IMG/VR virus record: IMGVR_UViG_3300027899_000001
Location: 1-64,000 of that record
Length of the DNA stretch: 64,000 nt
Strand: one strand, 5' to 3'
How positions within the stretch are numbered: the first letter of the stretch is position 1; each line of letters begins with the position of its first letter. The notes below the pieces were generated by a model. That model was not told the DNA's origin and did no database searches. It worked only from the letters and a program-made list of their open reading frames with translations. The translations under genes were made by a program, and so were the position numbers. This document shows positions 31,407-42,039 of this stretch, piece after piece.

Positions 31407-33371
31407 ATGGAATCATCATCGCCTGTATGGAACAGCATGCTTATACAGCAATGTCTAGAAAAACTTAGAATGGGAATGCCTGTTAATATGGGAGCATTTC
31501 ATATGAATGATATTGAGTTAAAAGCAGATAATATATTATATCAATTAACAGCAGACGAAGTAGAAGAATTTCATAAATGTTCTGAAGATATTGTATATTT
31601 TGTTGAAACATATTGCAGATTTATGACAGATAAAGGACGTAAAACTGTTCCATTAAGAGAATATCAGAAAAAAATTCTTAGAGCATTAGCAGAAGAAGGC
31701 TATATTAAAATTCTTGATGAACTTGGACCTAAAAATAGAAATTTAATAATTATGGCTTCACGTCAAACAGGAAAAACAACTACAATATCTGCATTTTTTT
31801 CTTGGTATATGTGTTTTCATAATGATAGAAATTTAGCTATTCTTGCTAACAAACAAGAAACTGCATTTGAAATTGTAAAAAAAGTTACTGATGTATTTAA
31901 AGGATTGCCATTCTTTTTAAAACCCGGAATAACACATATTACAGGAGGAGGCATGAGACTTGATAATGGATGTCAGTTAATGTCTCAAGCAACAACAAAA
32001 ACTGCACAAATCGGTTATACGATTCACGTTCTTTATGCTGATGAATTTGCTCATATTCAACCAGGAATTGTAAATGATTTTTGGAGATCAGTTTATCCTA
32101 CTCTTGCTTCTTCTGAAATATCACAGTGTATAATAACATCGACCCCTTTTAGTGAATATGATTTATTTTATGAAATTTGGAGCAAAGCATTATTATCACA
32201 AAATTCCTTTAAAGCTTTTAGAGTTGATTATAATGAAGTGCCAGAGCATGATGATGCATGGGCAGAAAGAACTCGACGAGATTTTGGTCCAGAAAGATTT
32301 GCACAAGAATTTGAACTTTTATTTAATAGAGGCGATTCTTTATTATTGAGTGCAAGTGATTTTAATTTACTTACAAAAATAGAAACAGAATATATTTTTC
32401 ATGATTTAAATAAAACTGATTTAGATGAAAGTTTATATCGTAATCTTAAATGGCATCCATCTTTTGATCCTAATGCAGAATTTGACAAAAAAACTACAAG
32501 ATTTGTTTTAAGTATAGATACAGGAGAAGGAAAAGAAGAAGATGAAAAAAAAGATAATGATTACAATGTTTGTAATATATTTAAAGTAGAAGTAAGAAGT
32601 TTATCGCAATTAAAAAGACTTAGAAAGGATGAGTATAAGCTCAAGAATATGTTCAGACTGTCGCAAGTAGGTCTGTATAGGGATAATATAAAAGATGAAG
32701 AAAATTGCGCCAAGGTCGCTAGATCACTTATTTTTGATCAATTAGGAGAAGACTTTTGTAAAGTTTTAGTTGAAATGAATTTTAATGGAAAACATTTTCT
32801 TGATAAATTTTCAGATCATGATAAATTTGATGATAATGTTTTATTAAAAACTTATCATACAAAACCTATTGTTGGAGAAAAGCCTCCTCATAAAAAAGCA
32901 GGATTTAGAGTTGGACAAGATAAAGAATTTTTCTGCAAATTAGGAAAACAGTTAATGACAAAAAAACTTTTACTTGTTAATGAAACAGAAACAGCAAAGG
33001 AATTTAGAGGATTTGGAAAAGATAAAAGAGGAAAATACAGGGGAATAGGAACTCATGATGATATCGTAATGAGCACATTAAATATAGCCCGTTTATATGA
33101 AGAAACGCAATATGAAGAATGGTTAAATGATTTTTTTGAAGACATGCCTATTAGTAAAACTAAACAATTAATAAGTACTTTAATAGAAGAATATGTTGAA
33201 ACAAATGAAATTGAAGATAATTTATTTAAAATGATGCATGAAGAAGCTGAAAAAGAAATGACTGAAGCAAGTATTTTAAAAATGATAAATAATAACGAAG
33301 GGAATATACGATATACTCCTAGTTCTACTTTGAATAGAAGCGGATACAATTTTCCATGGAGAAAAAGTTAA
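31407..33371 (+). CDS. terL: Terminase large subunit (T4 gp17-like)
   Basis: DIVYFVETYC, LREYQ, Walker A SRQTGKTT, ILANK, Walker B LYADEFA; nuclease SIDTGEG and DDIVMS. Confidence 0.92.
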   Translation: MESSSPVWNSMLIQQCLEKLRMGMPVNMGAFHMNDIELKADNILYQLTADEVEEFHKCSEDIVYFVETYCRFMTDKGRKTVPLREYQKKILRALAEEGYIKILDELGPKNRNLIIMASRQTGKTTTISAFFSWYMCFHNDRNLAILANKQETAFEIVKKVTDVFKGLPFFLKPGITHITGGGMRLDNGCQLMSQATTKTAQIGYTIHVLYADEFAHIQPGIVNDFWRSVYPTLASSEISQCIITSTPFSEYDLFYEIWSKALLSQNSFKAFRVDYNEVPEHDDAWAERTRRDFGPERFAQEFELLFNRGDSLLLSASDFNLLTKIETEYIFHDLNKTDLDESLYRNLKWHPSFDPNAEFDKKTTRFVLSIDTGEGKEEDEKKDNDYNVCNIFKVEVRSLSQLKRLRKDEYKLKNMFRLSQVGLYRDNIKDEENCAKVARSLIFDQLGEDFCKVLVEMNFNGKHFLDKFSDHDKFDDNVLLKTYHTKPIVGEKPPHKKAGFRVGQDKEFFCKLGKQLMTKKLLLVNETETAKEFRGFGKDKRGKYRGIGTHDDIVMSTLNIARLYEETQYEEWLNDFFEDMPISKTKQLISTLIEEYVETNEIEDNLFKMMHEEAEKEMTEASILKMINNNEGNIRYTPSSTLNRSGYNFPWRKS

Positions 33372-33452
33372 TTTTATCTTATGAAAATTATGATATATAA
33401 TAAAAAAGAGCATTCTTTTCAAGAATAAATAGAATAAAAATAATAGAATAAT

Positions 33453-35912
33453 ATGGCAAAAATAGCATTAGACTTATCACAATTTAAATCCGCTGGAGTT
33501 TATACGGTTGAAATTGACAATTCAGAACGTATAACTGTTTCCACTCAATCTTTGAGATTGGTGCCGGGTTTTGCAATGCAAGGACCATTTAACACACCTG
33601 TTTTTATAAGATCAACAAGAGACATTGAAAAATTTTATGGACCAAATGATATTAAATTAGAAAGAAAAGGCTCCTTTTTTCAAAGATCACTTACGACATG
33701 TTTGTTAACTGCTCCAGTATTTGCTATTAACTTATTAAAAGTAGATGAAGATCCTGCAACAAGCACAGATAAAGTAGATTTAATAGGATTTGGATTAGAT
33801 TCAAGTGCAGTAGCACCAACAATTTATGATGATCTATTTGTTAATTTCTTTAATCGTCAAAGATTTTGGACACCTGATACTGAATATCTTCAAGGAGTAG
33901 TTGTTAATAAATATGGATCAAGTGATATCTATAACGCACCTTTATTACAATTAGTTAATGTTGGAACTAAAACTCTATCATTTATAATTAGAAAAGCGCA
34001 AAATTTAACACAATATAGTGTTTATGCAACACAATGGTATGGCGGAGTAGCAAATATTCCTTATGAATGGATTCGTGAATATGATTATATTAAAGATTAT
34101 TTTATTCAAGTTATTGCAATAGAAGGCGATTGGACTAATTATGATAGTTTATCGACAGATCCATATTATTCACAGTTCTTTAGTATAGATGGTGTTATAC
34201 CAACACAACTTAATAACTTTATGAATTCTGCAAATGTTAATTTAGTAGGTTCATGGACTGGATGTATTATACCTGATTTTAAAGATCAAACTGGTTCAGA
34301 ACAATATATTGAAACTGTTATTAACGCAGCTACTGCTTTAACAGGTATTTTATGTAATGTTAATCAACAAGCTCTTGATCAATTAAATTGGAATGAAGAT
34401 GTTAACCTATGGACTCTTGGAGAAGGAACAACAGCAGCTCCATATAAAGTAGATTTAGTTGGACATGATTTAATAACACAAACAAGCGGTATACACAGTT
34501 CATTTTTAAGCTATGATATTAGCATACTTGATGCTGATATTCATGATTATATACAACTTTCTGTTTATCCAAGCGATACTACATATAGAAAATTTGTTGT
34601 TAGTCCAGATAATTCTACACTTGCAGCATTTGTAACTGTGGGTTCTCTTATTCAAAAATCATCAACAGAAATTCAAGGAGTAACTCGTGTAACAGAAAAA
34701 TATTTTGTTAATAATACAGATGTTTCTAGTTCTTATGTTATTGAAACTGCTGAAGCATTAGATCCTGCTTTATTAACAAGCATAGCTATTCAAAAACCAA
34801 TAGATGATCCATCAGTATGTATAGCATATAAATTCAAAAAACTTGATGGATTAACACTTGGTTACAAACATCTTCCAGGATTCGATGAACATGGCGCACC
34901 AAATGCAGAAGAAGGCGTTAGAAAAGTATATGGAATGTTAGAAGATCCTGGTGTTAATAGAGGATTACTTAATCCTGATATGATAAATTATCGTTATATT
35001 GTTGATACAATGGCGTATGGACTTCAATATGAAATGGGAGGCAAATCTTATCTTTCTAAATTAGCAAAAGAAAGAGGCAAGACAACTGCTATTCTTAATG
35101 CTCCTGCAATTTCACAATTTGTATCTTCTACAAATCCTTATTTTTGCGATACATTTGTAAACGGTGTAGATCCTACTCCAATATTCAATACAGAATATAT
35201 TCCAATGGGTGGAAACCCTGATATGCCAAGATCATTTAGATTTAGTTTTCCAACAGAAGAAAACGGTTCTAAATATTGTGGAGTATTTGGTCCATTCCTT
35301 AAGTATAATGAAGGCGGAAAGCTTATTAATATTCCTCCTGCTGCAGATGTTGCTAATGCTTATGTAAGAAAATTCTTAGGTGGCAATCCATTTGCAATTA
35401 TAGCTAATAGAAATGGTATTCTTTCGAATCCAAATCTTGCTGGTGTAGAATATATGATTGATAAAGTTGACAGAGATTCACTTGAACCTTTTGGATACAA
35501 TTCAATTATTGAAAGACCTGCTACAGGACAAATAATGATTTACTCTAACGCAACAGCATTCCAAGTTGTTAAAAGCGATTTTAATAATTTACATGTTAGA
35601 GAATTACTTAACACTATAGAATTACAAGTTGAAGAAGTACTTAAACAATATGTATTTGATTTCAACAATCCAATAACTAGATTAAACATTATCAATTCAG
35701 TAACTCCAATTCTTGAAACAACAAGAGATGCTGGCGCACTTACAAAATATGAAGTTGTTATGGATGAAACCAATAACACACCAGAATTAATTGCTGATGG
35801 ATTTGGAATAATTGATATTAATCTTTGGGTAACTGGAGCTCTTACTAAGATTATTAATAGAATTACTGTTAATAAAAATACAGGAGTTAGTTCAGGAGGA
35901 TTTGTATTTTAA
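33453..35912 (+). CDS. Tail sheath protein (gp18-like)
   Basis: SAGVYTVEID N-terminus; IPPAADVA, LHVRELL, FDFNN and DETNNTPELI C-terminal sheath motifs. Confidence 0.92.
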   Translation: MAKIALDLSQFKSAGVYTVEIDNSERITVSTQSLRLVPGFAMQGPFNTPVFIRSTRDIEKFYGPNDIKLERKGSFFQRSLTTCLLTAPVFAINLLKVDEDPATSTDKVDLIGFGLDSSAVAPTIYDDLFVNFFNRQRFWTPDTEYLQGVVVNKYGSSDIYNAPLLQLVNVGTKTLSFIIRKAQNLTQYSVYATQWYGGVANIPYEWIREYDYIKDYFIQVIAIEGDWTNYDSLSTDPYYSQFFSIDGVIPTQLNNFMNSANVNLVGSWTGCIIPDFKDQTGSEQYIETVINAATALTGILCNVNQQALDQLNWNEDVNLWTLGEGTTAAPYKVDLVGHDLITQTSGIHSSFLSYDISILDADIHDYIQLSVYPSDTTYRKFVVSPDNSTLAAFVTVGSLIQKSSTEIQGVTRVTEKYFVNNTDVSSSYVIETAEALDPALLTSIAIQKPIDDPSVCIAYKFKKLDGLTLGYKHLPGFDEHGAPNAEEGVRKVYGMLEDPGVNRGLLNPDMINYRYIVDTMAYGLQYEMGGKSYLSKLAKERGKTTAILNAPAISQFVSSTNPYFCDTFVNGVDPTPIFNTEYIPMGGNPDMPRSFRFSFPTEENGSKYCGVFGPFLKYNEGGKLINIPPAADVANAYVRKFLGGNPFAIIANRNGILSNPNLAGVEYMIDKVDRDSLEPFGYNSIIERPATGQIMIYSNATAFQVVKSDFNNLHVRELLNTIELQVEEVLKQYVFDFNNPITRLNIINSVTPILETTRDAGALTKYEVVMDETNNTPELIADGFGIIDINLWVTGALTKIINRITVNKNTGVSSGGFVF

Positions 35913-35938
35913 TTAATAAATAAAATAAAGAAACACAC

Positions 35939-36535
35939 ATGGCAGATTTTACTTCCCAAGGCTCATTCGGCTTATCACATTTTAGAAATTCTCGTGCATC
36001 ACAGGAATTATTCGAACCCGTATATTTGAACTTGTTCACAGTACAGCTTCAATTACCAGATGGTGTTGGATCTACTCCTGAGAATACTAATCTATTATTA
36101 GAGAATGTTCAGAAAATTAGTGGATTAGTTTCACATAAGTTTCCTTCTTCACCCCTTTCACAGTATTACAAGTGGGCAGCTAGAAGATTTGCTGGTGCTA
36201 AGCCTGATACAACAACTATGGACTTAACTTTAGATTTTGAAGTTAACATAGATAAAACTCAAAGTGCTTATGTACTTAAAACACTTCGTAAATGGTGTGA
36301 TTTAGTATATGATCCACTTACTGGACGTACTGGTATTAAAGCTGATTATGTTGCACCTTGGATGTTAATTACAATGTATGACAGAGCAGCTAGGCCATTC
36401 TGGCAATGGAAATGTTACAACGTATTTCCAATGACTGCATTACCTGCACCTGAATTAGATTATCAAGCAACTGAATTATATAAGATAGCAGGATTTGGAA
36501 TTGCAGTAGATTACTGGGATGAAACTATTGTATAA
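35939..36535 (+). CDS. Tail tube protein (gp19-like)
   Basis: Follows sheath; EPVYLNLFTV, LRKWCDLVYDPLTG and WKCYNVFP motifs. Confidence 0.85.
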   Translation: MADFTSQGSFGLSHFRNSRASQELFEPVYLNLFTVQLQLPDGVGSTPENTNLLLENVQKISGLVSHKFPSSPLSQYYKWAARRFAGAKPDTTTMDLTLDFEVNIDKTQSAYVLKTLRKWCDLVYDPLTGRTGIKADYVAPWMLITMYDRAARPFWQWKCYNVFPMTALPAPELDYQATELYKIAGFGIAVDYWDETIV

Positions 36536-36568
36536 TTTAGAAAAACATCAAACAAAATTATATATTTT

Positions 36569-36594
36569 AGGGATAAAGAAATTTATCCCTTTTT
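36569..36594 (+). terminator. Rho-independent terminator
   Basis: AGGGATAAA-GAAA-TTTATCCCT followed by TTTT. Confidence 0.8.
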
Positions 36595-36642
36595 GTGTCT
36601 ATTTGCTAAAACTTTATGTGGGATGAGATATATAAAATAAAA

Positions 36643-37356
36643 ATGAATCATCTAAAAATCTACTACTCTATAATTAAAAAAGCAAAATCTGAAAATAGAA
36701 GTAAAAGTTGTGATATTTATTACGAAAATCATCATATAATTCCAAAATGTTTAAGCGGTAATAATGATAAAGAAAATTTAGTTTTATTAACTTCACGAGA
36801 GCATTATATATGTCATAAATTACTAACATATATTTATCCTAAAAATAGAAAAATTGCATGTGCATATCATAAAATGACATATGGAAATAGCAACAAATAT
36901 ATTAAATCTTCAAGAGATTACGCATATGCAATAGAATTAATTAAAACTACTATAATTTCTGAAGAGACACGAATTAAAAAAAGTACTTCTCTTGGTAATA
37001 TTTTAGCTAAACAAGGTGATATTAACCCAGCTAAACGTTTAGATGTTAAACAAACTATATCAAAAAAGCTCAAAGGAAAATTTCTTGGTGAAAAAAACCC
37101 AATGGCTAAAACTTCAAGAAAACGAAATAATCTAAAAAATTTAGAAAATAATGGCATAATATTAAAGGGTGATATACATGAATATCTTCGTAAAAAAATT
37201 AAATGTGTCAATATAGAAACAAATGAAATTATTATTTTTGATGGAGTGCAAGAATTATTAAAAATACTAAAAATAAATAAACGAAAATATTATTCTCATC
37301 TAAAAAATAAAAAACCAATTCTTAACAAATTTACGTGTGAAGTATTGAATATATAA
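36643..37356 (+). CDS. HNH homing endonuclease (start moved to MNHLK)
   Basis: YYENHHIIPKCLSGNNDKENLVLLTSREHYICH; the N-terminus matches its paralogs from 36643, and the promoter motif lies just upstream. Confidence 0.85.
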   Translation: MNHLKIYYSIIKKAKSENRSKSCDIYYENHHIIPKCLSGNNDKENLVLLTSREHYICHKLLTYIYPKNRKIACAYHKMTYGNSNKYIKSSRDYAYAIELIKTTIISEETRIKKSTSLGNILAKQGDINPAKRLDVKQTISKKLKGKFLGEKNPMAKTSRKRNNLKNLENNGIILKGDIHEYLRKKIKCVNIETNEIIIFDGVQELLKILKINKRKYYSHLKNKKPILNKFTCEVLNI

Positions 37357-37373
37357 AATAAAATATATTTAGT

Positions 37374-37730
37374 ATGAAATATGTTAAAGAATATTTAAAC
37401 GAAGAATGGATTTCCACAGATACGGGAATAGATCGTTATGCAGATTCTTTTTCACAACACGGCGAAATGGAAGAGCCTTCAGATTTCAAAGAAATGGTTC
37501 CTCCATCTACTATGAAATTTACAGCTGAAGATTTTGAAGAATACATACAGGGTTTAATAGAAGAAGTAATACCGCAGTCTCCTGTATTAGCTCTTAACAT
37601 TTTTAAAGAAGTAATAAAAGAACATCCTTATTTGAAAAAAAGACCCATAGGATTTAACGCAGTTAATCCTTATGAACCAACAATTCATAAATTTTTACAA
37701 ACATTCGAAAAAGTAATAAAAGGAGTTTAA
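37374..37730 (+). CDS. Hypothetical protein with MKYVKEYLNE leader
   Basis: 118-aa ORF with its own promoter motif and terminator. Confidence 0.7.
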   Translation: MKYVKEYLNEEWISTDTGIDRYADSFSQHGEMEEPSDFKEMVPPSTMKFTAEDFEEYIQGLIEEVIPQSPVLALNIFKEVIKEHPYLKKRPIGFNAVNPYEPTIHKFLQTFEKVIKGV

Positions 37731-37742
37731 ACTCCTTTTTTT
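37718..37742 (+). terminator. Rho-independent terminator
   Basis: AAAAGGAGT-TTAA-ACTCCTTTT followed by further Ts. Confidence 0.8.
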
Positions 37743-37808
37743 ATGAAACTTTGACGGTTTTTCACTATACTATAATATATAAACTATACTAATATAAAAA
37801 ATATAAAT

Positions 37809-38759
37809 ATGAGTACAGAAAAATCAGATCAAGAAAAAATATTAAAAGATTTTGTCGAAAAACAAGAAGGAACTGGAGTACCACAAGTAGGACCTAAAAT
37901 AACAGAAATTCCGGGCGCACAATTGCCTTGGCAAAAAGAACAACGCCCTATAGCAAATCAAATTGGATGGATTCCTTTACCTATTGGTGATCTTCCAACG
38001 AGAGGATTATTTTATCCAACTGATACAGTTATAGCTATTCGTTCTGCTACAGGAGGAGAAATTAGACACTGGTCTACATTACAAGAAGAAGATCTTTCAG
38101 CATTAGATGATATGCTTAATTATGTTATTGAACGTTGTGTTACAATAAAATCGGGAAATGATCAAGGATTACGTTTATCATGGAAAGATATTAAAGAAGT
38201 GGATAGATTTTATCTTCTTTTAGCAGTTCACGAATTAACATTTCCAAGCGGAGAAAATAAACTTGAAATTAAACTTTCAGAAACAAAAAAAATAGATGTT
38301 AAAAAGGATATGGTGAATTATATTTCACTTGATCCTAAATTAATGCAATATTATGATGAAGCTGAAAGATGTTTTATTCTTAAATTTAAAGATGGCAGAG
38401 AACTTAAATTAGATATTCCAAGTGTAGGAGTAACGCAATGGTTGAAACAATATATAATTAAGAAACAAAGAGCTCAAGAAACTTTTGATGAAGATTATTT
38501 ATCATTTGCGCCATTTGTTATTAGAAACTGGAGAGGTCTCTCTGATGATTCATATCATAAATTTGTTGAAGATTCTCACGGATGGGATATAACTGTTATA
38601 TCTTTATTAGTTCATGTTAGAAAACTTTTTAGTGACACTATAAACCCAGTTGTTAAATATATTGATGAAGGGGGTACGGAGCAATCAGCTCCCTTGAACT
38701 TTCAGGGCGGGATTAAATCTATTTTCCTTATTTCAGATCCATTTGGACAATTGGAATAG
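37809..38759 (+). CDS. Baseplate-hub/tail assembly chaperone (T4 gp26-like)
   Basis: LPTRGLFYP...IRSAT..E motif; lies between tail tube and tape measure. Confidence 0.65.
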   Translation: MSTEKSDQEKILKDFVEKQEGTGVPQVGPKITEIPGAQLPWQKEQRPIANQIGWIPLPIGDLPTRGLFYPTDTVIAIRSATGGEIRHWSTLQEEDLSALDDMLNYVIERCVTIKSGNDQGLRLSWKDIKEVDRFYLLLAVHELTFPSGENKLEIKLSETKKIDVKKDMVNYISLDPKLMQYYDEAERCFILKFKDGRELKLDIPSVGVTQWLKQYIIKKQRAQETFDEDYLSFAPFVIRNWRGLSDDSYHKFVEDSHGWDITVISLLVHVRKLFSDTINPVVKYIDEGGTEQSAPLNFQGGIKSIFLISDPFGQLE

Positions 38760-39009
38760 TATTGAATTTATTTTTACTTTCAAACTTCATATATCTCCAA
38801 AAGAATTAGAGAGATTAGAATTTTATAGAATAGAATATATTCTTAAAAAATATGAAGAACATGTAGAAAAAGAAAATAAAGAATACGAAAAACAACAAAA
38901 AGAAGCAGATAAACAATCTAAATCTTCAGGTTCTTCTGCTCCTAATTATGGACAATCGTATAAGCTTCCAAAATATGAAATGCCTAAATTTACACTACCT
39001 AAATTTTAA
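38743..39009 (+). CDS. Small tail chaperone partner (gp51-like); no good ATG, possibly reached by frameshift
   Basis: F.F..H.S..ELE.L.FY..EY pattern; +1 frame relative to the upstream gene, open from 38698. Confidence 0.6.
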   Translation: MDNWNSIEFIFTFKLHISPKELERLEFYRIEYILKKYEEHVEKENKEYEKQQKEADKQSKSSGSSAPNYGQSYKLPKYEMPKFTLPKF

Positions 39010-39030
39010 AGACGCTACGGCGTCTTTTTT
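39008..39030 (+). terminator. Rho-independent terminator
   Basis: AAAGACGC-TACG-GCGTCTTT followed by TTT. Confidence 0.8.
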
Positions 39031-39068
39031 ATTTTGTATAGATATATAAAATAAATTAAATAGTATTG

Positions 39069-41978
39069 ATGAAAACATCTCCTGAATTATTAAGTGATAT
39101 ATTAAATGTACTTGGGAAAATAAATTCTAATATAGAATCTATAAAAGGTACAGGAGGAAAATCTTCAACAGGAAAAGAAACAAAGGGTTCAAAAGAATCA
39201 AAAGCTGCAGCAGGAATGAGTATGAATTTGGGAGATCTTGCAAGTGGTAAAAAAACACACGAAGGAGTAAAAGATACTGCATCAGCTATAAAAGATTTAT
39301 CAACTTCATTGGGCCCATTATCATCAGGCCTTATAAAATTTGGTTTAGTTCCCAATAGATATAAATTAGGCCTTACTGATTTTATTAATACATTATTACA
39401 GCAATCCACTATTAATAATATCAACGCTAAAGTACGTGCTAAAGAAATTGCTGAGGCAATAGGCATTATATCTGATTCTTTACCAAAATTAGTTAAAGGA
39501 CTTTTTATGTTTGGGCTGCTTCCTGGAAGTTTTAAACGATCATTATTTGTTTTTATGAAAGATATATTGCAGTTAGGAACTTCATCAACTGTAAAAAAGG
39601 CAAAAACTTCAGCAGAAGCAATGAATATTTTAGGAGAAGCATTACCTAAATTAGCTAAAGGCGTATTTGTATTTGGAATAGCACAAAAAATAGGATTGGT
39701 AAGTGCTACTAGTAAAGGATTAAAATCTTTATATGATGTATTTCTTTTTATAGGTAATCCGGCAACTCAAGAAATTGTAGTTGTAGCTGCTTTATCAATA
39801 GCAGCAGTGGGTGTTGCATTAATAGGACTTTCAAAAGTATTGAGTAGTATAGCAAAAGTTATTCTTGCATTTTCTGCTGCTATAGTGATTATAGTAGGAG
39901 CAATATGGTTAGCAACAAAATTATTTACTACAGCAGAAGGAAAAAAAATAGGTCCATTAGCAGCCATGGGAATAATAATAGGTTCCATTGGCATACTTGC
40001 TGCTGGCTTTGCTATTATAGGTGCATTGGGCGGCCTTATTGCATTAGGAGGAATAGCAATAGCATCAATGGGAAAAGGCTTAATGTGGGCAGCAGGAGGT
40101 TTATTATCAATAGTAGGCGCGTTTTGGTTAATGAATAAAATGACAAAAGATGACACTGGTGAAAAAGCAAAAGAGTTTTTATGGATAGGTGCTGGTGCGA
40201 TAGGATTATTTGGTTTAATGTTTGTAGGATTAGGTTTATTTCACGGAAAAATAAAAGATGGTGGTAAAGCAACACAAGAAATGGGCAAAGGCATGGTTTG
40301 GATTGCTGGAGGATTATTAGCTTTAGGCGGCGTATATGCATTATTGACTAAAGTATTTAAATTAGATTTTGGAGAAACCATATCAAATTTAGCAGTAGGA
40401 ATAGCAATATTAGGTCTAACATTCGCAGGATTGGGGCTATTTAGTCTTTTAATAATTCCTGGAACTGTAGCATTAATTGCTATGGGAATTTCTATTGGTA
40501 TATTTGCGTTAATAGCATGGGGTGTAGGTGCAGTTATTAAAGAAATAGGTGGAACAAAAGGATTAGAAGATATGTCTACTAATATTGAATTATTAATTGG
40601 AGGTGTTTTAACAGGAGTAATAAAAGGAGTTAAAAAAGGATTATTAGGAGATACAAGTTCAACAGGTATATTCAAAATTTTTGATGTAGCAAAAAATGTT
40701 GCAGTTCTTATTGGCGCAGTTTTTATGTTAATGGCAGTTTCATATGCTCTTATGATGTTTGCATTTACTATAAAAGCATTTACAACAGCAGGAGTAATAA
40801 AAACTGTTACAGGATATGATGCTAATGGTAATCCAATATATGGTGATTCTGTTAATGTAGTTTCTGCTGGAGAAAATATTGCAAAATCTATAGGAGCGTT
40901 CTTTTCAACATTAACAAAAACATTTAAAGATCCTACTATTATTCCTAAAAAGGAAGATATGATAAAAATAAGTGATATTTTAATAGGAGAACAAGGCGCT
41001 CGTTATTTATTTAGTCAAAAACGAGTTCAAAAAACTCCAAGTTTAATTGATGTTTTAGCTAAATTTGCAAATGTAATTTCAATATTTGCAAAAGTTAAAC
41101 AGATGCCGGTATATGATATAGATGCAAAAGGAAATACGAAATTAGTTGGATATGTTAAGCCTGAAACTATAGCTACAAATATGGTTGATACTATTAAAGC
41201 ATTTTTTAAAGCATTTGATGGTAAAAAAACAGAATTATCAAATTTATCTACTGAAACATCATATAATATTGCTGAAGTTCTTTTAGGAAAATCTGCGTTT
41301 AAACTTTTTGGTTTAAAATTTGGAAGAGCTGAAGGCAAACCTGGAATTATAGATGCTCTTCAGAAATTTTCAGAAGTTATTATGACATATTCAAGATTTG
41401 GAACTGAAAATAAAATATATACAGAATTTAATGATGATGGAACGCCTAAGCCGGGAAGTGGCGTAGCAGTTACTGATGTTGCAAATAATATGGTCAAAGG
41501 AATTTCTTCTTTTTTAAGCGCATTCCTTAATGCATTTAGCATAAATAGAATGGGTCAAAATAGTAGTATAGAAACTGTATCTCAAACTATAATTTCAAAG
41601 ATGACAAAATTTTCAGATATGATTAGTAAACTTAATGATGTTGGAAAAAATGTAGATGGTATTGATAAACTTGCAGCATCATTAGGAGCATTAGGAACTA
41701 ATATAGGTGTATTGCAAACAAATATGGGAGCATTGAATACAGATAATCTTGAAAAATTGTCTAAAGTTACTGCAGAATATGCTATAAAAACTAAAGGAAT
41801 TACTCCCGTTACTATTGAGCAATCACAAACTGCTATTCAAGCATCTCAACCTGATTGGGATGCAATTGCTGAAAAAATTGGACAAAAAGTTGCTGAAAAA
41901 ATGGTTGGACTTAATACTGGAGAATTCAAATTTCAGTTCATGGATACTAATGTAGGTAATTTATCAATTAAACGATAA
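39069..41978 (+). CDS. Tape-measure-like protein
   Basis: About 970 aa, Ala/Gly/Ile-rich amphipathic helices with a hydrophobic middle; follows the tail chaperones. Confidence 0.7.
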   Translation: MKTSPELLSDILNVLGKINSNIESIKGTGGKSSTGKETKGSKESKAAAGMSMNLGDLASGKKTHEGVKDTASAIKDLSTSLGPLSSGLIKFGLVPNRYKLGLTDFINTLLQQSTINNINAKVRAKEIAEAIGIISDSLPKLVKGLFMFGLLPGSFKRSLFVFMKDILQLGTSSTVKKAKTSAEAMNILGEALPKLAKGVFVFGIAQKIGLVSATSKGLKSLYDVFLFIGNPATQEIVVVAALSIAAVGVALIGLSKVLSSIAKVILAFSAAIVIIVGAIWLATKLFTTAEGKKIGPLAAMGIIIGSIGILAAGFAIIGALGGLIALGGIAIASMGKGLMWAAGGLLSIVGAFWLMNKMTKDDTGEKAKEFLWIGAGAIGLFGLMFVGLGLFHGKIKDGGKATQEMGKGMVWIAGGLLALGGVYALLTKVFKLDFGETISNLAVGIAILGLTFAGLGLFSLLIIPGTVALIAMGISIGIFALIAWGVGAVIKEIGGTKGLEDMSTNIELLIGGVLTGVIKGVKKGLLGDTSSTGIFKIFDVAKNVAVLIGAVFMLMAVSYALMMFAFTIKAFTTAGVIKTVTGYDANGNPIYGDSVNVVSAGENIAKSIGAFFSTLTKTFKDPTIIPKKEDMIKISDILIGEQGARYLFSQKRVQKTPSLIDVLAKFANVISIFAKVKQMPVYDIDAKGNTKLVGYVKPETIATNMVDTIKAFFKAFDGKKTELSNLSTETSYNIAEVLLGKSAFKLFGLKFGRAEGKPGIIDALQKFSEVIMTYSRFGTENKIYTEFNDDGTPKPGSGVAVTDVANNMVKGISSFLSAFLNAFSINRMGQNSSIETVSQTIISKMTKFSDMISKLNDVGKNVDGIDKLAASLGALGTNIGVLQTNMGALNTDNLEKLSKVTAEYAIKTKGITPVTIEQSQTAIQASQPDWDAIAEKIGQKVAEKMVGLNTGEFKFQFMDTNVGNLSIKR

Positions 41979-42039
41979 TCTTTTAACAATTTCTTAAAAC
42001 TCTTTTTCATGTCTTTATATAATATTTAAATGATATTAT

